Below are positions 20,001 to 29,100 of a stretch of DNA of 46,220 nucleotides, one piece after another. Under the pieces are notes generated by a model. The model did not search any database. It was given only the letters and a program-made list of their open reading frames with translations, and was not told the DNA's origin. Location: contig CADARW010000001.1 of assembly GCA_902790405.1 (NCBI GenBank), positions 1-46,220 of the forward strand, written 5' to 3'. The position numbers and the translations under genes are program-made. This stretch comes from an uncultured Bacteroidia bacterium. GTDB lineage: Bacteria; Bacteroidota; Bacteroidia; Bacteroidales; ML635J-15. How positions within the stretch are numbered: position 1 is the first letter of the stretch; each line of letters opens with the position of its first letter.

Positions 20001-21302
20001 GGGAGTCGGATTTTCTCCTCGTATTATAATGTAGCATGGACCTGTTGATATAGGAATATTCACCTCGTAGGTGTACCAACCTGTACTAGTTTCAGCGGGG
20101 ATTATTCCGCTTGCTGCACTATATTGAACACTAGCAAAAGCCAATTCTGTAGCGCCCTCTATTTGTCCATCAACACTTGCAAAAATTCTGACACCTCCTT
20201 CTGGCATATAAAAATTGGTACGATATATAGCAAAAACGAACTTATGAAATACACCCCCGAAATTCATTTCTGGAAGGACTAGTTTTACCATATTTCCGCT
20301 TGCCATAGTGTGCAAATACAACAGGTGATAATATATCTCGAAAACATATGAATAATACCCCAATATATGCTCGTTAACCCAGCACGGTGCAGTAAAGTTA
20401 CCATTATCATATGAGTCGAAATTCTCTTCCCATGGAAAAGTTGTAATTAAACAACTTGAAGTTCTAAAAGTCGTCTTTTGCCAACTGCTTTCATCGCCTT
20501 CGCTGCAAACAGCCTTTACATAAACATCGTATGAAGTATTATCGGCAAGTCCTGTTAAACTATATGTTGGTTCTGTGAGTTCAACCGATGTGCCTTCAGT
20601 TGCGACATTAAAACCAGAAAGGCCGTACTTTAGAACCCATGCAGTCTCTTCTCCACCAGCAGTCCATGATAGTGTTGCGCTAGTGTAACCCACATTGCTT
20701 ACAGCAAGTTCTGTAGGCTTTGTACATGATCCGTCGTATGTAAAAGTTGTCTTGGGGATAAAGTTTCTTTGATTAGGTGCCACGCCTTCCAATGAGGAAT
20801 AAGAATATCCCTGTATGCTAGATCCATCAACTGTTGTTCCCAAAAAAGAAACACTCTTATAATTTCCCGTTGCTGTTTGATAAAAACCAACCAACAAATT
20901 GCCTCCCTGATAAACATAATTCTCGGAAAAATCAACAGTCATTGTACTTCCTGTACCATCAAGTGTTCCTGTATAAACAATAGTTGCATTTTCAGTGCCA
21001 CTATATGCACTTAGCGTAGTTGCATCTACTTCTTTCAAAAACACCTGAAAAGTACCTGTCCATGCCTCCGCTGCTGGAGAGCTCAAATAGAACTCCATTC
21101 CTGAAATAGTTCCACCGTTCATTTCGTCCAAGTCTGAAGACGGGATAACAAATTCAGCTTTCAAGTAGGCATCGCAGTAAAAACCATAAACAGGCACATG
21201 ATTGCTTGTCTCCGTTCCATCGTAAACCGTCAAGGTTTCCTGTGCGGCAGCTCCAATTGCCATCGCAAGCAACAATAAGATATTTAATATCAGCTTCCTC
21301 AT
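17028..21302 (-). CDS. Large T9SS-secreted modular surface protein 1 (Fn3, two cleaved-adhesin/choice-of-anchor-J-like domains, beta-sandwich repeats, type A CTD)
   Basis: Signal peptide; Fn3 (CTKPTELAVSNV..SATLSW); two FSEGFENGIP..W...D.DGDG..W..PDNW.ITP..YVAIRH domains; C-terminal VYPNPNNG..GTYFIRI..EQIVVE. Confidence 0.88.
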   Translation of the reverse strand: MRKLILNILLLLAMAIGAAAQETLTVYDGTETSNHVPVYGFYCDAYLKAEFVIPSSDLDEMNGGTISGMEFYLSSPAAEAWTGTFQVFLKEVDATTLSAYSGTENATIVYTGTLDGTGSTMTVDFSENYVYQGGNLLVGFYQTATGNYKSVSFLGTTVDGSSIQGYSYSSLEGVAPNQRNFIPKTTFTYDGSCTKPTELAVSNVGYTSATLSWTAGGEETAWVLKYGLSGFNVATEGTSVELTEPTYSLTGLADNTSYDVYVKAVCSEGDESSWQKTTFRTSSCLITTFPWEENFDSYDNGNFTAPCWVNEHILGYYSYVFEIYYHLLYLHTMASGNMVKLVLPEMNFGGVFHKFVFAIYRTNFYMPEGGVRIFASVDGQIEGATELAFASVQYSAASGIIPAETSTGWYTYEVNIPISTGPCYIIIRGENPTPYEIKLNNFMVIDAGLCHDPTDLNVSNVTDRSAVVSWTPGSDETSWQICINDDEDNLIDVNTNQYVLSGLDEATSYSVKVRAVCGGENGISKWSEAVSFETYEDLCKIRFELTDSYGDSWNGAAISITNVATGEVLGTVTNQNLNGISGSGENEVNIVYFPVQSGMELAFSWVSGSYDNECSYVVYGTNEEEIFSGSGTMSSAVTYIVSCSYCRVPADLRANDVSENTATISWTGNNESYEIRYRREISEPQQVIFSEGFENGIPEGWTNIDSDGDGYTWGETSGGYGGSDCITSGSYDFSAGALSPDNWIITPAVALPQGVENINLKFYANAQDSEFAEDHYGVYISTTTVDTAAFTLLWEENMTAEGGSHRGVPGAWGEKNTDLTAYAGRTVYIAIRHFNCYDMFFLNIDEFSINVEYNSVWTVLTATYTLVDLAELTPGATYEYQVNGICGNINDNWSEINTFTTVAECPQPSNLNVVTTVNSASITWTGASDSYVLRYRDSRTQTLLSESFENGISDEWTIVDADGAGFTWGLSSELMSGYVAHSGSDMLSSQSFDFTAGTLTPDNWLITPAVALPENAESINFRFYVNVQDVAYPSEHYGVYISTTTTDLDAFTLLWEEDLNAAGGTHRTQGAWGEKNTDLTAYAGQTVYVAIRHFNSSNMFYFNLDDIAVVATIETLDWTEVTSATPPFELTGLPSNTTYYYQINGVCGSDDDNWTAVNTFTTLPFGYTITATAGDGGTITPSGNVTVYETTSQSFTITANADYRLASVMVDGAEAIDQLVDGVYTFTNVNANHTIAATFEAIPTYTITIRKEEYGSVTYNGTELQDNETVTVQEGATPSFEIVGYTTTNGDRYIIGTLTIDDEEVEVSGEFSENQSFTYTFEPVNANHTLAVTFVFISSVNMSEAGYMVVYPNPNNGTFSIDFSNFEGEATYQLIDARGAVVETRDINVMDGETMNFNHNLHAGTYFIRIISGDKVYVEQIVVE

Positions 21303-21344
21303 TTTTTACGCCCCCTGTTATATGCCATCGGGGGCTTCGGCTTT
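21303..21344 (-). promoter_or_regulatory. Conserved 5'-UTR motif, copy 1
   Basis: AAAGCCGAAGCCCCCGATGGCATATAACAGGGGGCGTAAAAA directly before the ATG. Confidence 0.75.
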
Positions 21345-21405
21345 ACGAATTCCAATTTAGTTACGACTAAAAAATATTTTCCTCATATATATTTTTTAGT
21401 CAGCG

Positions 21406-21413
21406 CAAAAATA
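21406..21413 (-). promoter_or_regulatory. -7 promoter box TATTTTTG of adhesin gene 1
   Basis: TAnnTTTG ~105 bp upstream of the ATG, at an equivalent position in all three paralogs. Confidence 0.6.
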
Positions 21414-21475
21414 ATGTTTATTTGTGTATATATGAAATATTTGTAACAAAAAAATGGGATATGTGTATATTTTAT

Positions 21476-21505
21476 TGTAGAGACGTAATGCATTACGTCT
21501 CTACA
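21476..21505. repeat. GTAG-type REP-like palindrome, copy 2 (perfect 30 bp)
   Basis: TGTAGAGACGTAATG|CATTACGTCTCTACA. Confidence 0.8.
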
Positions 21506-21509
21506 TAAC

Positions 21510-21538
21510 AAAAAAAGGCCGCCGTTAGGCAGCCTTTG
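21510..21538 (-). terminator. Intrinsic terminator of adhesin gene 2
   Basis: AAAGGCCGCC-GTTA-GGCAGCCTTT (one G-U pair on the minus strand) with T-run. Confidence 0.8.
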
Positions 21539-21559
21539 CTATTTACGATGTGTTTTTGA

Positions 21560-24500
21560 TTATTCAACAACAATCTGCTCAACGTAAACCTTGTCGCCGG
21601 TGATGATTCTTACGAAGTAAGTACCAGCATCGAGGTTGTGGTTAAAGTTCATTGTTGCACCATTTGCAACGTTGATGTCAAGGGTTTCGATGATAGCTCC
21701 GCGAGCGTCGATGAGCTGGTAGGTTGCATCACCTTCGAAATTGCTGAAGTTTATGCTAAACATACCGTTGTTCGGGTTCGGGTAAACGCTCAATGCAGAG
21801 AGGGCGTTCTCTTCTACCGAGTTGGGGAAGAATGCTATCTTAACATGATGGTCTGCCTGTACATTCCGGAAAGAGATTTCATTTATTGCTGTGCTACCAA
21901 TAATACTGCCATCGATTTCCAACTGAGAAATATGATATCCTTCGTTAGGCATTACCTGTATTGTTATGTCGGAACCAGCAAGAACAGATGTATCCCTTGG
22001 CGTTGCATCACCGCCTGCTGTTTGAAGCTCAACATGGACATTGTAGTAAGTCCTTATATCCTTATATTTGACAGTTATTGTGTAATTTTCCGAAATATTG
22101 GTAAGCGAATACACATTGTTTGTTATATAGCCAGTTCCTTCAACAGGATATTTAATCAAACCGTTTACTCTTACAGTATCCAAAGCGTATCCCTCGTCAG
22201 GAATAAAAGTAACATCATAATTGGAACCTTCGTTAACAGTGATTTCTCCGTCGGGATCCATTGTTCCGTGGCCACCGATTACTGTTCCTGTGATTGTGTA
22301 GGTAACAGCAGGAATTTCTTCGAATGTTACGTCAATTGTATGGTCTGCTGTTACATTTTCGAATGTGTAGAAGAAAACGCCATCACCAGCGACAATAGAT
22401 TCAGTGACATTAGCAGCATCAACCGTTACGCTTGCTACGCGGTAGCCACCATCAGGAGTGATTGAGAATATCTGGTCTTCGCCATCTGTTACATCTACAT
22501 TTCCACTCGGAGAAATAATTCCATGTTCACCTGCACTTGCTACGATTGTATGGGTAACTGGTATCAGTTCAAACGTTACCGAAAGAGTATGAGCTGCCGT
22601 AACTGGCTCGAATGTGTAGGTATAACCGCCCAACTGTACCGGCGTAAGATCTATAGCATTTTCATCTACTGTGAGAACTGCTATCTGGTAATTTGTAGCA
22701 GGTGTGATTACAAATTCCGGAGTATCACCTTCATATACTGCTACATGATCGGAAGCCAATACGTCGTTATAATAAACGTTACCATTTTCGCCAACTTCTA
22801 CTGTTATTAAATAGGTAGGAATTTCTTCGAATGTTACGTCAATTGTATGGTCTGCTGTTACATTTTCGAATGTATATAAGAATACGCCATCACCAGCAAC
22901 AAGACTTTCGGCAACATTATTTGTTGCATCAACCATTACGCTTGCTATTCTGTAGCCGCCATTAGCTACAATTGTGAATTCGGCATCTTCACCTTCGTAA
23001 ACTGTTAATTCGGCAGGGCTGATTGTACCATTTTCACCAGCAGTTGCTGTTATTGTGTACGATGGCAATAAAACATTGAAGTTATCGACAATGAAAGAAT
23101 AATGATCAGCCTCCGATTCGCACTTGATACCAATGTAAATATCCTGTCCTGCATATTCAGAAAGGTCGATGTCAGTTATCGACACGAATTCATCATTATT
23201 TACAATCTGTGTTGCAAGAATCTGTGTTGCAGTTTCGTAGTTTTCCGGATCATCCATTACATATACCGAGAATCTTTCCGAAATAGTAGTAGAGTTTACG
23301 GCATAATCGAATGTCAGAAACGCATTTTCAACTATTGCAATCTTAGGAGAAATCAACCAGTCGTTGGCATCATTAAATGAATCGAAATTATAATATGCTG
23401 ATTCTCCATTACCAGTAATCATATTATCATAACTCCAAGTGGTATTATCATCATTTGCATCCACTATAGTCCAGCATTGTCTTGATCCCGAAACTTCTTC
23501 GAATGTCTCGACAAATGGGAGACGATATGCAGAACTGCCGCATTCTGTAATAAAGAAGGTTTCGTACCAATCATCGGTGCTACAATTAGGCTGAAGGTAC
23601 ACAAAGTAAGTTGTGGCGGCCGTCAATCCGGTAAGATCAACGTTAATCTCGTCACCATTAACAGCAATCGTTCCGTCATATACATCGGCTTCTGCATCCA
23701 TATCTGTCATTTCGGTTGTAGAAACCTTCAGGAGGTAAGATGTTTCCGTATAAATCCTATACCATGCCAAAGATGCAGTTGTAGCTGTTATATTGTCAAT
23801 ATCAATGTAATATGGCATAATACAAGCATTCGGGTCGTTGATGATTGTTACAGTCCAGTTGGCAGTACTTTCGCCATCTTCGGCTACAACAGTATATACA
23901 ACCGGTGCGTTGAAATATTGATCCGTACCGCTTTCGGGGCTGATGGTAGCCATTGGCGAAACCTCGATATTCGGTATTATAGGATTTATGAGGTCGTAAT
24001 CCCATTCCGCATACGCTAAGACGGTTTTATTTTCTGTATCTATTACCGACTCTCCTACCTGATTGTCGAATGTGAACGAAACAATATCGTTAGCGGTACT
24101 TGCAGATTCTGCCTTTGTAACAACAACAGTCCAGTCCTTGGTGGTTGTCCTATCTTCTGCTGTAACGGTGTATGTATATGTTTTTTCATTGTCTAATATG
24201 GTTGCACTATTCTCGACATAAATAGCATCAACCGAAAGAGCAAGACTTTCGGCAAGGTTTTCAAGGTCTGTCCGATACGAAGCGATTGCAGTAACCGTTG
24301 CATTTTCGCTGTCGATTAGAGGAGCGGCCATACGTGTTGGGAATCTGAAATCAACAATTTCTGCATCGTGGAGTGCATCACGAAGTTCAAAGTTATCCAA
24401 GAACAAATACCATCCATCAATACCGCCCTGAGGAACATGAATAGCGACATATACTATTCCGTGATAATCTGGCAATGGAATATTTTTTCTCTGAAATGAT

Positions 24501-25744
24501 GTATTGTTAACCGTTTCAAGGGGCTGCAGTACCACTGTAAAATCTTCAATACTTGATGATGTTGTGGAAAGAAGGACCTCGTAGTCATTGGGTTCGTCTG
24601 CGCTTTCAACGCGCACATCGAAACTAAATCCATAGTTACCGTCAAGCTCAAAGGGAGGAAGTATGAGGTAGTCGTCATTGTTTCCATCATTATAATCTGT
24701 ATAAATAGCAGCCTGAATATTATCCGGATTATAATTGTCTATATACCAATAATCGTCATCTTGATTATTATTAATAATCGACCAGCAGTCTGGGAAATTT
24801 AAATCTGGCAAAGAATCAAAGTCTTCTGTCCATGGGAAATCAGCAATTGGTTCGCATTCTGTTTCAAATGTAAGCATTCTCATTCCGCTTTCGTTATCAT
24901 CTCCACAAACAGCCATTACATATACATCATATAAAGTCCTTGTCTCAAGGCCTTCCAATGTATAGCTTGTACTTGTCAGTTCCACGGTAGTACCTTCGGT
25001 TTCTATATCAAACCCATGAGTTCCATACTTGAGCACCCATGTGGATTCGCTACCAATCGGCCTCCACGAAGCATTTGCAGTTGAAGAAGTAACATTGTTA
25101 ACAGCAAGTTTTCTAACCTTCGGACATGCAGGATTTTCTTCTACATCAATAACGAGTCTAATATCGCTATGTCCCCTGAAAACCTCCTTATTTCCACCAA
25201 ACGATGACAAATCGTCAATGTTAGGAACATCAGTATCACTATAATAGGTAATTGCCGTGTATCCACTAGTTGTTGTATAATAAAATTTATAATTCGACCC
25301 AGGATAATCAAAAATCGGATCGTATATGCATACAATAAGATTGTCTGTACCATTGTAATAAAATTCATCATCGAGGTTAATAGTCATCCAACCGACATCA
25401 GAAGCTGCAAAGTCGCCAGAGTACACCAATGTGGCATCTGTTAAAGGAACTATATCACCATAATAACTAAACGAGCTCTTACTCGTAGTCATCATGTATA
25501 TCTTAATATTTGACAGGTTGAAAGAATTAACGAAATCATAATAGTAACTGATGGAGGTAATTGTTCCTGCCACACCAATTTCTTCTGCAGTATAAATCTG
25601 CTCCGTAAGCGAATAATTGTAAAACATGTTTACAGGAAAATAAAAGTCCGTTCCTGAACCATCACCAATCGTCACTTCTGTTTGTGCGACCGCTCCAAAT
25701 GCCATTGCCAGCAATAGGAGCACACTAAATAATAGTTTTTTCAT
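21560..25744 (-). CDS. Large T9SS-secreted modular surface protein 2 (Fn3, cleaved-adhesin-like, DUF5018/cadherin-like, beta-sandwich repeats, type A CTD)
   Basis: Signal peptide; Fn3; NDDYLILP and ANDWLISP adhesin-like domains; YTVTAED repeats; YTITATAGENGTISP..GYRIASV.VD repeats; CTD VYPNPNNG..EQIVVE. Confidence 0.88.
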   Translation of the reverse strand: MKKLLFSVLLLLAMAFGAVAQTEVTIGDGSGTDFYFPVNMFYNYSLTEQIYTAEEIGVAGTITSISYYYDFVNSFNLSNIKIYMMTTSKSSFSYYGDIVPLTDATLVYSGDFAASDVGWMTINLDDEFYYNGTDNLIVCIYDPIFDYPGSNYKFYYTTTSGYTAITYYSDTDVPNIDDLSSFGGNKEVFRGHSDIRLVIDVEENPACPKVRKLAVNNVTSSTANASWRPIGSESTWVLKYGTHGFDIETEGTTVELTSTSYTLEGLETRTLYDVYVMAVCGDDNESGMRMLTFETECEPIADFPWTEDFDSLPDLNFPDCWSIINNNQDDDYWYIDNYNPDNIQAAIYTDYNDGNNDDYLILPPFELDGNYGFSFDVRVESADEPNDYEVLLSTTSSSIEDFTVVLQPLETVNNTSFQRKNIPLPDYHGIVYVAIHVPQGGIDGWYLFLDNFELRDALHDAEIVDFRFPTRMAAPLIDSENATVTAIASYRTDLENLAESLALSVDAIYVENSATILDNEKTYTYTVTAEDRTTTKDWTVVVTKAESASTANDIVSFTFDNQVGESVIDTENKTVLAYAEWDYDLINPIIPNIEVSPMATISPESGTDQYFNAPVVYTVVAEDGESTANWTVTIINDPNACIMPYYIDIDNITATTASLAWYRIYTETSYLLKVSTTEMTDMDAEADVYDGTIAVNGDEINVDLTGLTAATTYFVYLQPNCSTDDWYETFFITECGSSAYRLPFVETFEEVSGSRQCWTIVDANDDNTTWSYDNMITGNGESAYYNFDSFNDANDWLISPKIAIVENAFLTFDYAVNSTTISERFSVYVMDDPENYETATQILATQIVNNDEFVSITDIDLSEYAGQDIYIGIKCESEADHYSFIVDNFNVLLPSYTITATAGENGTISPAELTVYEGEDAEFTIVANGGYRIASVMVDATNNVAESLVAGDGVFLYTFENVTADHTIDVTFEEIPTYLITVEVGENGNVYYNDVLASDHVAVYEGDTPEFVITPATNYQIAVLTVDENAIDLTPVQLGGYTYTFEPVTAAHTLSVTFELIPVTHTIVASAGEHGIISPSGNVDVTDGEDQIFSITPDGGYRVASVTVDAANVTESIVAGDGVFFYTFENVTADHTIDVTFEEIPAVTYTITGTVIGGHGTMDPDGEITVNEGSNYDVTFIPDEGYALDTVRVNGLIKYPVEGTGYITNNVYSLTNISENYTITVKYKDIRTYYNVHVELQTAGGDATPRDTSVLAGSDITIQVMPNEGYHISQLEIDGSIIGSTAINEISFRNVQADHHVKIAFFPNSVEENALSALSVYPNPNNGMFSINFSNFEGDATYQLIDARGAIIETLDINVANGATMNFNHNLDAGTYFVRIITGDKVYVEQIVVE
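22310..22873. repeat. 57-bp identical direct repeat inside adhesin 2 (22310-22366 and 22817-22873)
   Basis: AGGAATTTCTTCGAATGTTACGTCAATTGTATGGTCTGCTGTTACATTTTCGAATGT occurs twice, encoding TFENVTADHTIDVTFEEIP. Confidence 0.9.
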
Positions 25745-25786
25745 ATTCCAAACCTCCCGTTATATGCCATCGGACCCCTCGGCTTT
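25745..25786 (-). promoter_or_regulatory. Conserved 5'-UTR motif, copy 2
   Basis: AAAGCCGAGGGGTCCGATGGCATATAACGGGAGGTTTGGAAT before the ATG. Confidence 0.75.
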
Positions 25787-25849
25787 AAAAAACCTCAATT
25801 AATTACAAACTAAAAAATATATAAACCTCATATATTATATTTCGGGCTA

Positions 25850-25857
25850 CAAAAGTA
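25850..25857 (-). promoter_or_regulatory. -7 promoter box TACTTTTG of adhesin gene 2
   Basis: TAnnTTTG consensus ~105 bp upstream of the ATG. Confidence 0.6.
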
Positions 25858-25929
25858 AACGTTTTTTTCTGAAAGAAAAACTCTTTTTCTGATTTTATGG
25901 ATGTACAGGAAAAGAAGAAAACGAAAATG

Positions 25930-26012
25930 CTTCGATACTTCGACAACACTTCGATTTCACTCAGTGCGACGGCTCAGTACGCCGCAGGCTCAGAGAGCGA
26001 AGCTCAGTGACC
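25930..26012. repeat. Degenerate CTTCGA.../GCTCAG repeat cluster
   Basis: Three CTTCGA units then five (G/A)CTCAG-like units in a GC-rich patch within AT-rich intergenic DNA. Confidence 0.5.
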
Positions 26013-26078
26013 GGAAACCAGAACGGCGAAGCCATAAACGAAGTTAAACGTTGAACATTGGACTTTGAACCAGAAACA

Positions 26079-26109
26079 AAAAAAGGCCGCCCGAAAGCGA
26101 CCTTTTTTG
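26079..26109 (-). terminator. Intrinsic terminator of adhesin gene 3
   Basis: AAAAAAGGCCGC-CCGAAA-GCGACCTTTTTT. Confidence 0.8.
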
Positions 26110-26126
26110 TTTTTAATGTATGCTGA

Positions 26127-29100
26127 CTATTCAACAACAATCTGACCAACGTAAACCTTGTCGGCATTGATGATTCTTACGAAGTATGTGCCGGGAACGA
26201 GGTTATGGTTGAATGTCATTGTTTCACCGTTTGCAACGTTGATGTCGCGAGTTTCGATGATAGCACCGCGAGCATCGATAATCTGGTAGGTTGCATCACC
26301 TTCGATGTTGCTGAAGTCGATGCTGAACATACCGTTGTTCGGGTTCGGGTAAACCGACATCGAAGCGGCTTCATTCTCGTCAACAGAAACTGACGGTACG
26401 AATGTAACGCTAAGGGTATGGTCGGTTGACACAGAGGTGAAAGTATAAGTTTCTCCTGCAACATCACAATATATAGGATTACCGTCAATGTATATGGCTT
26501 CGATTTGATAACCATCGTCTGGAGCGATAGTAAATTCTGCATCGGCGCCATCACCTACGGTTACCACACCATTTTCACCACATGGGGTAACAGAACCGTG
26601 TTCACCAACTGTAAGAGTGATTGTGTGAGTTATTACTTCAATCTTGAAGTTGTCGATAAACAAGGACTCTTGATCTGCTTCAGATTCACACTTGATGCCT
26701 ATATAGATTTCCTGTCCGGCGTATGCTGTTAGATTGATGCTCGGAATAGTAGAAATAAATGAGCTGTTTGCTATTTGTGTAGAAAGAACCTGAGTTGCCG
26801 ATGCGTAGTTAGCAGGATTATCCATTACATAAACAGAGAACCTTTCTGGATAATCCCGTTCGCACCAGTATTCAAATGTTAAGTTCGCACCTTCAACAAT
26901 AGCAAGTTTTGGCGAGATCAACCAGTCGTTAGCATTATAATAGGAATAATTATATCTTGCTACTTCTTCGTAATAAATATAATCGTAATCGTAACTCCAT
27001 GTGTAATAATCATGATTGACATCAATAATATTCCAGCACTGTCTGGTAGCCGATGTCGCATCGAATGTTTCGATAAACGGAAGCGAATGTGCGGAACCAT
27101 CACATTCTGTCATGAAGAAAGTTTCTACCCATTCGTCTGTACCACAGTTAGACTGTACATATACATAGTATGAAGTTGATGCTGCCAGCTCGGTAAGATC
27201 AAGCTCAATCTCATCGCCAGCAAGAGCAACTTCGCCATCGTAAACATCGGCAGTTGCTGTCATGTCATCCATTTCGGTAGTAGAAACCTTTACATGGTAT
27301 GAAGTTTCGTTAAATGACGGTTCCCATTGCAAAGTTGCACTTGTCTCCTCAACATTGTAAACATTCAAATTAAATGGATTTACACATGCATTCGGGTCGG
27401 TAGTTATTGTGACTGTCCATGTTGCAACACTTTCGCCATCTTCGGCCGTAACCGTATATTGTACAGGCTCGTTGAATATCTGTGCAACACCGCTTTCCGG
27501 AGTAATAGTAGCCATTGGCGAAACGATTATTTCTGGACTAATATAATCATCAAGGTCGATATACCATTCTGCGTATGCTGTAACGGTCTTTGCTGTTGTG
27601 TCAATAATCGATTCTCCATGCTGACCATCGAATGTGAAAGAAAGAATATCGTTTGCAGTGCTTGCAGCCTCGGCCTTGGTTACGGTTACGGTCCAGTCCT
27701 TGGTAGTTGTTTCGTCTTCTGCAGTAACTGTATAAGTGTAAGTCTTTGTTGTTCCTGCAATGTTTGCTGTATTTTCTACGTATGTAGCATAGTCCGATAC
27801 AATAACAGTTTCTTCAAGATCATCAAAGTCTGCCTGATACGAAGCGACAACTGCAACGGTTGCATTTGCTGTGTCGATTACAGGAGCAGACATGCGGGTC
27901 GGGAAGTCGAAGTCAACGATTTCGGCTTCATCGGAAACATAACGTACAACAACATCGTCAACAAACCAATACCAATTATGTGAATTAGCCTTATGGTTGA
28001 ATGCAAAATAACTGCCAGCAGGAACCGATGACATATTTACAACCTTTCTCTCATGTTGGTTATCTGACCAATCATCGTATGAATATGTTTCTAATGTTGT
28101 AAATGTAGTTGCATCGTTAAGATCGGTGATATATCCTACCTCAAAAGTACCACAATTTGAATTAGTATAGCTCTCTGGTTTAGTATAGAAATCCAGCATT
28201 ATCGCCGATCCATTCGTTTCAAATTGCGGCAATGCAAGTATATTTCCGTTTGTTGTTCCACCAAATATTACAGAATTAGTACCTGTATTTCCGTTATAGT
28301 CAGTAATCATCGCATATCCGTCGCCGACTTTTGTCCAGCAAACTGGAGTCATAAATGGAAAATAATTTTCAAAACCTTCTTCATACGGCAATACGGAAAT
28401 TGGTTCACAAGCTGTCGTAAAATCAATGTATTCCCAATCCTCGGCATTTTCGCAGTTCGACTGGATATATACATAATACAATGTACCTGGTGTCAAACCT
28501 TCAATGTCCTTGGTTGTAGTATCAACAATTCCATCAAATACATCGGCGGTTAATGTCATGTCGCGCATGGATTCGGTTGACACTTTTATGCGGTACGAAG
28601 TTTCGATATATGCCTGTTCCCACAACACGGTTGCCGAATTAGTCGTAATATTTGAAACATATATATTCCATGGGGTTATACAAGCGTCGGGGTCGTTTAC
28701 TATTGTAACTGCGTAAGTGTGAGTAGTTTCTCCATCTTCTGCTGTTACCGTATAGTTAACCGGATTTGTGAAATCATGAGATGTCTCGCTTTCAGGGGTC
28801 ATAGTCGCAGCAACTGAAACTGTTACTGTTGGAGCAATGTCATAAAGTTCAAGATCCCATTCTGCAACTGCATTTACGGTATAAATGCCGTTTTCAGTGT
28901 CGCTAACGATTGTAGCCTCTGTTCCTTCCTTCTGACCGTAGAATGTAAATCCGGTAATGAAAGCGTTGTGGCTTACAGGAGCTCTCGTAACGGTAATCGT
29001 CCAATCCTTGGTATTTCCTGCTTCAGCGGTAACTGTGTATGCAAAAGTACGTACATTTCCTTCGCCCGTGATTGTCGGATCGCTGATTTCTGCAAAATCA

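Noticed and set aside
25780-25792. TTTAAAG slippery heptamer before the pseudoknot (also at ~30689-30695) as a -1 frameshift signal
   Set aside because: No substantial upstream ORF leads into it, there is no spacer before P1, and gene 1 lacks the heptamer
25930-26071. Possible mini CRISPR array, and ORF 25961..26167
   Set aside because: Units are 6-8 nt, irregularly spaced, with no 25-40-nt repeats and no cas genes; the ORF crosses a terminator and repeat DNA
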